Positions 10,492 to 20,067 of a stretch of 64,000 bases of DNA are shown in pieces. The stretch lies in assembly GCF_964204645.1 (NCBI RefSeq), contig NC_134030.1, forward strand, positions 18,002,210 to 18,066,209, read 5' to 3'. Origin of the DNA: Tubulanus polymorphus. Lineage: Eukaryota; Animalia; Nemertea. The notes under the pieces are model-generated. The model worked only from the letters and a program-made list of their open reading frames with translations. It was not told the origin of the DNA and searched no databases. How positions within the stretch are numbered: position 1 is the first letter of the stretch; every line of letters begins with the position of its first letter. The position numbers were made by a program, and so were the translations under genes.

Positions 10492-10818
10492 TTAATCAAC
10501 AATTTCTAAATCATGATGACCGTCTTCATTTTTCCCATGATATATTATTTTAAATCCTTCTAAATCTTTCAATTCCTACATACTCAATGAAACCCATTTA
10601 TCGGGTAAAAACACTTTAAATTCTCGCGATGTACTAACATTACATTAGCTTAAATTAGCTGATACTTTCTCTCCATATTTAGTTTTTATCTTTTCTAATT
10701 TCAATATTTTATGTTCAATTTCTTTTGTAACATCAACTAACTTTTTTATTTCAAATTGTTTTTTTGCTGGTTTTATTCTGTTATTTATTGTTGCTAAGAA
10801 TGCTTTTCTATCTCCCAT
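10492..10818 (-). pseudogene. 108-codon viral gene with two in-frame stops (possible OB-fold-like protein)
   Basis: MGDRKAFL...KTKYGEKVSANLS*CNVSTSREFKVFLPDKWVSLSM*ELKDLEGFKIIYHGKNEDGHHDLEIVD. It has the 20-bp motif and a TAAATG start. The fold guess is weak. Confidence 0.7.
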
Positions 10819-10831
10819 TTATAAGGAAAAC

Positions 10832-10851
10832 AAATTACTTGTGGTGATGAG
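10832..10851 (-). promoter_or_regulatory. 20-bp upstream motif, copy 2
   Basis: Identical to 994-1013. Confidence 0.7.
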
Positions 10852-10901
10852 TGGGATTACTTCCCCTTGTATATAACAAACACGTTATTACGCAGCTGTT
10901 G

Positions 10902-11105
10902 TTACGCGCACTCACTGTTTATATGTGACACAATTTTACTACGTAATATTTCTAAAATTTCAATTATATCTTTTATTTCTAGTGAATCAATATAATTTCT
11001 AACATTTTCCATGTAAGGTTTATCGATGTATTTTTTACAATATGGGCAATAATATTGATTTTTATTGACATTATTGTTTTCTAATTGGAACTCACTCTCT
11101 CCCAT
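10902..11105 (-). CDS. Small zinc-binding viral protein
   Basis: 67 aa with YYCPYCKK and a C-terminal H...C. It has the 20-bp motif and a TAAATG start. Confidence 0.65.
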   Translation of the reverse strand: MGESEFQLENNNVNKNQYYCPYCKKYIDKPYMENVRNYIDSLEIKDIIEILEILRSKIVSHINSECA

Positions 11106-11118
11106 TTATTAGGGAAAA

Positions 11119-11138
11119 AAATTACTTGTGGTGATGAG
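11119..11138 (-). promoter_or_regulatory. 20-bp upstream motif, copy 3
   Basis: Identical to 994-1013. Confidence 0.7.
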
Positions 11139-11192
11139 TGGTGTTTAGTACTCTCGTACTCTGGTATGAAAGCCTGATATTCTAATTACTGC

Positions 11193-11612
11193 TGACCGCT
11201 CTCGCGGTCGCATACGCAATCGTGTTTAGACGTCTGGATTGGCTCGCGCCATCACCTGGCGATTTGTTGTCAAGGTCGAGGTCGAGTTTGTTTATCAGCA
11301 GAGTAGACATAGTTACGTAAAATGTCTGGACTACGGCATAGTGTATACCAGCGCCACCTGGCGAATAAGTAACAGCGAGAAAATCTGACTTGTTCCTTAT
11401 TGGGAGATGAATTCTCAATAAGTAACAAGAAAATCTGAACCGGTAAAGACGAAAATCTGAATAAGGAAGAAGGAACAAGGAACATGTAACATGTTACTTG
11501 TTCCTTATTGGGAGATGAATTCTCAATAAGTAACGAAAATTGAACCGGTAAAGACGAAATCTGAATAAGGAACAAGGAACAAACAAGTAATGAACTTCAG
11601 TGGGGCCACTGA
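11193..11612. mobile_element. Non-autonomous Helentron/HINE-like repeat with an internal tandem core
   Basis: A block of about 180 bp is nearly identical to 16503-16681 and starts with a GC hairpin. About two copies of a 108-bp unit follow. Confidence 0.55.
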
Positions 11613-14230
11613 ACGTGGCTGATTAGCATATCAGTTTAATTACGTATCGAATCCAGACGTCCGTCATCATTGCGTAACTGTGTTTGTTAGCTGTAACCTC
11701 GACCTTAACCGAGCTAGACAATTGAGACGTCTTAGCAACCACTATGTGTGATGTCAGTGAGATCTCAATGCAACTGTAGTAAATATGTAGTAGAATCTTG
11801 GATTAATCATTTGAATGTAGGGTTTGTATTTTTGTATGCAGGGAACATACTGTAAAGCTGAACATAAGATGAAGGCAATTCTTTATCTTTTAAAAATTTA
11901 TTCTCTTTTCATTTCAAACAAACTTTGTATACCGTACTAAGAGTGGTTTGCATAGCTCTCAACGAGGACCGCATGAAACGTTATTGGTCGGTTTGAAATG
12001 TATTGCCATTTGTGGGAAATACAACTGTGACCCATCACCGTCAGCTCCATTTATTTAACAACCTAAATGTGAACACGTCTCTGTCGAATTATAATTCTGA
12101 TTTATGTTTTGTTGATGTCTGCAGCAGTTCGTCACAGTCGGCAAAACATGTTATTTGCTCTAGCAAAAGTAATAAGTTCAATGTTCCAATTATTCTACGA
12201 AACATAGGCACAAAAGTACTTAGTAGAACCAGGGAAGTGTGATGTGTCATCACACTTCCCTGGTAGAACCATGTCAGCAAGACCATATTCTTTCTTGTCG
12301 ATTTCGTTTCCCCAGGGTATCAACTCCATTGACTGTGTGTAATGAAAATCACAGCGCAAACGAGCTACCCCAGTTACACATACGACCAATTTCAATGGAA
12401 TCTGTTATACTCAAAAACCACAATCCGACATCTGTATTGTGTGAATATGCTACTAGCCTTAGGTAACGATGTACTGGACAATTGTTGTTTGAGATATTAT
12501 CGCAATGAAATATGCAATGAATCAATGCACACTTGCTATAAAATAAAAATGCTATAATACTAACATTTCAAAATATCAATCATTCATAAACCTTATATAA
12601 AAAATATCTGAACATGTGGAATTTTTTAATGGAATTATAAGGATGGAAAATCATTTGTTCACGTTCAGAAGTCAATCGATCAATCAATCAATTTGAAATA
12701 TCTCGGGGTTAAGAAATGTGGAGGTAGTCGAAAATCGTGATTAGAAATGGAATTTGAACGTCATTATATAAACTACGTGTATTGTTGCTACCATGGTAAT
12801 AAAATCCGATGATTTTGCCCCTATCTCATTTCTGTCGGAAGTTCGTCGTCGGAAAATCGTCGTTAATCCTATACGTCGGTAATTAGCCGGATATTGTTTG
12901 ATATCGTAGGTTGTTTAGCGGTTATTTAACCGCTAAACAACCGACCAATTTACCACTTAATTACCATCTAATTACCGACCAATTAACCGCTCATTTACCG
13001 CAAGGGACAATACTGAGCCCTAGTAAAATCCAACCAACAAGACATCAATCTTCGGGCGGCCATCGGCATCGGGGCATCGCGATAGATATACCGGAATAGC
13101 TCATTTGCCGTTTGTTTCCATGCATTACAAGTTCGTGTTATTTTGTAGTAAATAGTCAAGGCTTTCATCTGAGATAGGCCACCAAAATTCGTCCAAACTT
13201 ACTTACATTTGAAGTGAACGCTCACATCTGTCATAATCACTGATTGATAATATACTTGAAATTAATTCTGAAATATTCCGGAAATTGAAATAGGAGGATG
13301 TTGATTTCTGTTCGGTATTTCGATTACTTAGGTGTCTAGTTTATCACAAGCTATTGGGTTCGAATCCCACTATAACCATTTTACGCAGCATACGAAAAAA
13401 GTGCCATGGCGGATACAGGCGGCTTGAGTGACTTATGTTGCATTCATTCTCCTATCACTGGGGGTTGCATTGCTCGTGCACTAAAAGCGTTTTATGACTG
13501 GGAACAATCAATTAATTTGTTTGCGCTCGGGAGGCAGTATTCTCAGTTCATCTACGCGCTTGTAGATTGATGTTTAACAGAAGCGCTCTGGTCACGCTAC
13601 ATTTACAGCTTCTCATCATTACACACCTGGAACCCTGTGGTTTCTATGCACTCAACCAGCGTAATCTTGGTTGGAGTTTTTTTTTTTTGGGGGGGGGGGG
13701 GGAACACATCACAGTTATTTGATGGGTGTTCATGTAGATGTGACAATTCAGATTTGGTACTTAATAACCCTGGCCAAAATATGAATAATTATTAGAATTA
13801 GGCATTGGATTAAGTATAACATATAAAATCATAACAAACTGAAATATAAACACATCATCAGCCATTTCGCTGAAGATATCTCCCTCTGTGAGGAAATGTC
13901 CCGGCACCAACATGGTTCTTCAGAGAATAAAACATCATTTCTATTATTCTATTGATAACTATTTCCATGGTATGTGCTGGCCAAATTTCGTTTACAAATA
14001 TTCGGCAGACATGCAGAGAAAACTAATAGGCCCCTATCATTTTGAAAACTAGATTCACAATATTTAATAGAGCACGGGGCAATCCGATTGATATGCTTAA
14101 ATAAAAGGACACCTGGTTTCTTACGACCGGGCAAGCGGTGTCACTTAGGTCGATTAGCAAACTGACAAATAAAATCCATCCGATCGGTCAAATCATCCTG
14201 TGAGTCGCGATAACTGAATACATTGATGTG

Positions 14231-15228
14231 TTAGAAAAGAATGGATTTAATTTCACCATTTCACCCAACATTTCAATGCTTGAGGGAGGATAACATTATT
14301 TACAATTACATGTTCAACTGAATGAATTTTTTCAATGAATATCTGTTAATTTGTTTAATATGTTTGCAACGGAAAATTTTCAGTCTTTGGCAACTTTGGC
14401 AATAATGAAAATGTTTGCTGATTGTGGTTTTTTAAGATTGGATGTGTCCAGATATTAGAGAAGCCACAGTCTAGACCATCTGATTGAGCAGTGTTATCTG
14501 CCGCTCGATCACCAGACATACGAAAAGACGTATGGACTGGGGAATACCGTATACTTGCGCATAGCAACTTTGAAACCACTGACCTCGGCAAGACGTGGTG
14601 TTGATTGACAGCTCGCCTTATCTGGTGGCCAAGGTCGAGGTAACCGCTCGCCAGCATCTGACATAGTTATGCAAACGCGTTAGAGTTGAATTGAATACGA
14701 ATTTATTCGCCATTCAAACGATTGCCATTGCACACTGACGAAAATATTACGCTATAAACTGAAATTTACATTTAGCCTAACGGCCGTGAAGGTTTGAAAG
14801 GTTTTTCCAAAATATCAAAGCATTAAGGATTTCAAAGCGATATTGCAATACGTACTTTTTATGGGGTACCTCAAGGAACACACAATGGGATTCACCAAAT
14901 AAAATATTTCGAGCGGGGCATAAGAATCAATGACAGACATATTTTCTTAAACTGGTCACAGAAATTATGTTTTAATCCTTTAAATGTTTGTCATTAATTG
15001 GTTAGTCATAAATTGATGTGTCCAAATGTTTCGTGTTAAACCACAATCGGCAGACATTTTCATTATTGCCAAAGACTGAAAATTTTCCGTTGCAAACAAA
15101 TTAAACAAATAAACAGGTATTAAAAAAAAAATTCATTCAGTTGAACATGTAATTTTAAATAATTTTATCCTTCTTCAAGCATTCAAATGTTGGGTGAAAT
15201 GGTGAAAATAAATCCATTCTTTTCTAAT
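14231..15228. mobile_element. MITE / non-autonomous DNA transposon with TIRs of about 200 bp
   Basis: 14231-14430 is the reverse complement of 15038-15228 (TTAGAAAAGAATGGATTT...AAATCCATTCTTTTCTAA). Confidence 0.8.
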
Positions 15229-15789
15229 TCTGTTCTGATCAAATATTTACTAGAGTTGCAGACATCGGCACGCACGTGGTGTTTGTTAAGACGTCTCCAT
15301 TGGCTTCCACTTTGTTACGGTGGTTGAGGTAGAGGTTAACTATAGCTCTTATCAGCAGACATGTTTACGCAATCGTGTTTAGACGTCTGAATTGGCTCGT
15401 GCCATCACCTGGTGATTTGTTGTGTCCAGGTATTAGACTTCTATTTGTAGATACTTCTAATTAGTAAATTCTTCCCTAATTAGCGTTTGTGAAATAGATT
15501 TAATCATCGAATTCACTAACTAGAATAAAGCACTTTCAATTCGAATTATCACCTAAACCGGGCCCAGGGCATTAACCCATTTGGCTGTGGGAAAAACTAC
15601 ATATCACAAGTCACGCGTACAATCTATCTCGTAGCTTCATACACTCATATCGGAATGATGACGTAGTAGCAGCAGCTGGCAGTTTTTAAAAGGAAAGAAA
15701 TTTCCGAGGATTTCGCTTATTTCACAAAACCTTCAATGAATGAAAGAAGATATTATGAGTTGCCGAGTCAAAATGCAGGTCAACGCTCC

Positions 15790-16100
15790 GGGCAACGCTC
15801 GCGGTCAGCACACCTGGTTGCGCGATGTGTTTAGACGTCTCGATTGGCCTCTTCTCGACTGGTGGTCAAGGTTGCGGTTAGCACTTGAGAGCAGACACCA
15901 TACTTACGCAATCATAACATTTACCTGTCCGCAATAGAGTCGAATCGAATAAGTAACCAGCTTCACATTTTGAATCGGGAGCCGGCTACCGGTTCCCGGT
16001 TCCCGGTTCCCGGTTCGGCTCCCGATTCAAAATGGTTTTGAACCGGGAACCGGGAGCCGGCTACCGGTTCCCGATTCGGCTCCCGGTTCCCGGTCTTTTT
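15790..16100. repeat. Diverged copy of the HINE-like family with a GGTTCCC-rich core
   Basis: Shares GTGTTTAGACGTCT...GAATAAGTAAC with the 11193 and 16500 copies. Confidence 0.55.
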
Positions 16101-16499
16101 TCTATGGAATTTGATAGATAGGAAAATATTCAGTTTAATAGAATATTGAAGTGATTGTTTTTTCATCTTCGACAATGGATTTACCCTGCATGAAGGGTGA
16201 TTTATACGGTAGGCAGAAAGCGTCTGTTTATTTTATATCTTACAATTTCATGGGCTTGCAGATATTGTTGTCTTGGGGATTCGATAACTTTCGTTAGAAA
16301 CTTTCTCTCTTGTTAACCCTTTCAGTGCTGACTAATCAATACCCTATAGCTCGGGAACAATCGATGGTTTATTGATTAAATGATTAAAGAGGCGAATAAC
16401 ATATGAAGAAGTCGATTCGGTGACGAGAAAAACGACCGAGCAATACACACGTTCTTAAACCAAGTTATGTTATTAATAGACGCAGCTTACTGACGTATA

Positions 16500-16971
16500 G
16501 CGACCGCGAGTCTCGCGGTCGCATACGCAATCGTGTTTAGACGTCTGGATTGGCTCGCGCCACACCTGGCGATTTCTTGTCAAGGTCGAGGTCGAGTTTG
16601 TTTATCAGCAGAGTAGACATAGTTACGTAAAATGTCTGGACTACAGCACAGTGTACACCAGCGCCACCTGGCGAATAAGTAGCCAGCTTAACATTTTGAA
16701 TCGGGAGCTGAACCAGTAGCCGGCTCCCGGTTCCCGGTTCCCGATTCGGCTCCCGGTTCAACAGCATTTTGAATCGGGAGCTGAACCAGTAGCCGGCTCC
16801 CGGTTCCCGGTTCCCGATTCGGCTCCCGGTTCAAAAGCATTTTGAATCGGGAGCTGAACCAGTAGCCGGCTCCCGGTTCCCGGTTACCGATTCGGCTCCC
16901 GATTCAAAAGCATTTTGAATCGGGAGCCGAATAAGGAACCGGGAACCGGGAGCCAGCTTCACAGGGGTACC
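16500..16971. mobile_element. HINE-like repeat with a tandem core of about 62-bp units
   Basis: Hairpin GCGACCGCGAG-T-CTCGCGGTCGC, then the shared 180-bp block, then about four GAATCGGGAGC...GGCTCCCGGTTC units. Confidence 0.6.
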
Positions 16972-16974
16972 AGA

Positions 16975-17915
16975 AATGCTTATAACTGCCACTGAAACCC
17001 TAACACCTCCGCTGACCATTTTTTTTTCAAAGTCATCCTTCAATCAGGTATTTACCCACAATATTGGAGCAGTGTCTGCATTACACCCATTCATAAGAAA
17101 GGGATGACTTCCGACCCAAACAATTATAGAGGTATCACCGTCTTGCGCTGCTTCGGAGATATATTTTTAATTATTTTGAATACACGCATTATACAACGGT
17201 CAGAGGCACATCAAGTATTAAATTATGCACAGGCCGCTTTTTGGCCAAATAATGGTACTATAAATCAATCCTTTGTATTATCTCCAATCATCGACCACTG
17301 TATAAAGAAGAAAATGAAAAATGCGTGTATGGCATTCGTAGATTTTTCTAAGGCCTTCGATTATTTGAACCACGGAATTCTCTGGAAAAAAGATTCTGGA
17401 AGCTGGTATCACTGGCAAAGTTTATAACATAACTGAATCTATGTATACAAACAGCGAATCATGTGTCAAAAACAATGGGTTCATATCTAGCTTTTTTGAC
17501 TGCACCGTCGGCGTAAGGAAATGCGTTTGTATCTCTGCTGTACTTTTCAATATCTATATTAATGACATGGAAGAATTTTTTATAAACAATGGCCATCCAG
17601 GCATTGACTTTAATTTATTCAAACTATGTCTTGCTTTACGCCGATGATACCGTCATTCTAGCCCAATCGCCCGGAGAATTGCAGGGTGCACTTGATATTC
17701 TGTATGATTATTGTAAAAAGATGAAACTATCTGTGAATTCTGCTAAGACATAGACAATGAAAATTGGGTTCCGCAGAAATAACCGTAACCCCCTTTTATG
17801 TTTTTATAACGATGTCCTACTGGAAGAGCTGTCAACCTTTCAGTACCTTGGCATTACTATATCAAATAACGGCAAAATGTCTGCTGCAATCAAGTCGCAG
17901 GCCGATCAAGGTACA
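16975..17915 (+). pseudogene. Non-LTR retrotransposon reverse transcriptase fragment (CR1/L2-group-like)
   Basis: ITPIHKKG..SDPNNYRGIT, FVDFSKAFD, LFNIYIND, YADD and VNSAKT motifs, with frameshifts and stops. Confidence 0.9.
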
Positions 17916-18680
17916 AGAGGCGGTTCCTGAACTTCGCTGAAAAAGCGGAATATTGAAACGCTGAAATAAAAACGCTTAAATTTCAGGGAATTTCCGAAAA
18001 ACGCCGAAATCGTGCTAGGTACCGACAATACACGTTTTGAAATATTTTCCGGGCCAGTGTCCGCTGCCGAGCTCTGAACCGTGTTTTAGTCTCTACCTTC
18101 GGTTACAGAGACATGCATGGACAGTATGTGTGGAGTATACTTCTAGAGGGCTACTTGTTAGACAAATTAATTCGCTTGAAATCCAGATTTTTAATGCATA
18201 CAGGCAGCGTAATGAGGAAAACCCATTCACAAACCGTGCAAGCCAACTTAAACACTATGCTCAATATTCCCTGCAAGACGCAAAATATCTTATTTGAACG
18301 TTCATGTATAAAACATGGAGCAACTTTTCTTTTGTCAACACGTTGATGGGCGACGGACTATATGGTATTCTCTGAAGGAGGTAAATTAAATTTGACAGCT
18401 AGTTATATAAATGATGCAGCTTTTGGACAAAAGGGATCTAACTAAACTTCTTTTTAATTCACTGTGGAATGGAATGGAATGGATTGACGCCAATGGCATG
18501 CAGTAGGCCCCTACGTATGGGTCATACTGATTAGCGTCAACCAATTGATCTAAATCGGGCAAACCATTCAACAACTGTGAATAATTTATTTGCTGTAGTG
18601 TGATAATGATTAATTTTTTTTTGAAGAAATGACATACCAACTGTGAGGAGAGAATCCCACAATGATAATAAAAATTCGCT

Positions 18681-19712
18681 ATGGGAAATCCTCTAAGTCC
18701 TATTCTAGCTAATTTATTCCTAGAACATGTTGAATCTGAAATATTGCCTCTTTACACTGATATTCACCCTAAAATCTGGCTCAGATATGTTGACGATGTT
18801 CTGGCTTTGGTTCCCTTTGACTTCAATGTTGATAACTTTCTTATATATTTAAACTCCCTTTACCCGTCTCTGGCTTTTACGTATGAATGGGAATCTAATA
18901 GTAAAATACCTTTTCTGGATGTTTTGATTTTTAACTGTGGATCCTTTTTGAAATTCGCGGTTTATAGGAAACCTACCAACGCTGAATCCTACCTCCATTA
19001 CTTCTCTTTTACTTCTCCGGATATTAAACTCGGTTTAGCTCAAGGATTATTTCTTCGCGCTTTGAGAATTTGCGACCCCTCATTTCTACCCGATAAAATT
19101 CACCATATTAACCAATCTCTCAAAAAACTTGCCTACCCCGATTTCCTATTGAAAAAAGCTCTACTTAAAGCTCGTACTACGCATTTTAGAAATAACAACC
19201 TTAGAACTCCTACGTTGGCTACCGATAAACAGCCTATCATTGTACCGTATGTACCTTTCCTCGAGAATTCTAAAGTTTCTCTTCGGTCACTAAATAAACA
19301 ACTCATCTTTAAATACAATAATAAACTTAGTAACATATTGATTAACAACAAACCGAAAACCGAATCCCTAAACTGTGGAATTTATGAAATACCTTGTAAA
19401 GTTTGCGACAAAGTATATATAGGAGAAACAGGTCGGAATCTTAATCAACGCATAAAAGAGCATAAATTAGATGTAAAAAACTTTAAACCTGAAAGCGGAG
19501 TTGCTAGTCATGTTTTTCAGACTTCACACAATTTTGATTTTGCTAATGCTGAATTAGTTTACCCTTGCAGCGATAGAACTAGAAGACATATTTTGGAATC
19601 TGCATTAATTATTGAAAATTCGAACAACGTTGTAAACCTTAACAATGGTTTTTCACCCCATAATAAACTTATATCAAAATTCCTCTGTAAACTGGTTAAA
19701 CTCAACACTTGA
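18681..19712 (+). CDS. Penelope RT C-terminal half plus GIY-YIG endonuclease (5'-truncated)
   Basis: MGNPLSPILANLFL, WLRYVDDV, IPFLDV, VYRKPT and GIYEIPCKVCDKVYIGETGR motifs. Confidence 0.93.
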   Translation: MGNPLSPILANLFLEHVESEILPLYTDIHPKIWLRYVDDVLALVPFDFNVDNFLIYLNSLYPSLAFTYEWESNSKIPFLDVLIFNCGSFLKFAVYRKPTNAESYLHYFSFTSPDIKLGLAQGLFLRALRICDPSFLPDKIHHINQSLKKLAYPDFLLKKALLKARTTHFRNNNLRTPTLATDKQPIIVPYVPFLENSKVSLRSLNKQLIFKYNNKLSNILINNKPKTESLNCGIYEIPCKVCDKVYIGETGRNLNQRIKEHKLDVKNFKPESGVASHVFQTSHNFDFANAELVYPCSDRTRRHILESALIIENSNNVVNLNNGFSPHNKLISKFLCKLVKLNT

Positions 19713-20021
19713 TTTCCCCTTTGATTATTTGTTATTTGTTCTGTTATCAATTTCGTCTCTGACTTAACTTGTATTCACCTTTGTTTTAATTTAAGTGCCT
19801 CTTAGTTTGTCTTTCTTTTCACTACTGACTTTAAGTTTCATTTATATTTATACTCACTATTGTTGTTTATAATCACCCCTTAGTTTGCTTCCCTTTAATC
19901 TATTTTAGCGTGTAACTGTTTCTACGTTAATTTTCCTTTAGTTTGTATCATCTCTGATTACTTGAATTAGTCTCTTTGTCCCTGGATTGTATATATATCT
20001 CATAATTTCTGTAGTATCTCA

Positions 20022-20067
20022 TTATTCCTGAAGATGACTATTAGGATATAGTCGAAACGTTGAATAA
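20022..20067 (+). ncRNA. Minimal type I hammerhead ribozyme in the Penelope pLTR
   Basis: TTATTC-CTGAAGA-T-GACTAT-loop-ATAGTC-GAAACGTT-GAATAA, giving the core plus stems I and II. Confidence 0.8.

Larger units (their letters stand above)
1..11162. mobile_element. Endogenous Polinton/Maverick/adintovirus-like DNA virus (right portion; left part outside the window)
   Basis: Very AT-rich, intronless ORFs that abut or lie a few tens of bp apart, including an rve integrase with chromodomain, an A32-like ATPase and capsid-like ORFs. Composition changes abruptly near 11140-11190. The right boundary is tentative. Confidence 0.9.

Noticed and set aside
3347-10818. Alternative genetic code (TAA/TAG = Gln) in the virus
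   Set aside because: TAA and TAG are the normal terminators of the neighbouring genes, and CAA/CAG are used freely for Gln.
1-11162. Bacterial prophage or contaminant contig
   Set aside because: There are no Shine-Dalgarno patterns, the chromodomain integrase is eukaryotic, the region is contiguous with host repeats, and a second decayed relic lies nearby.
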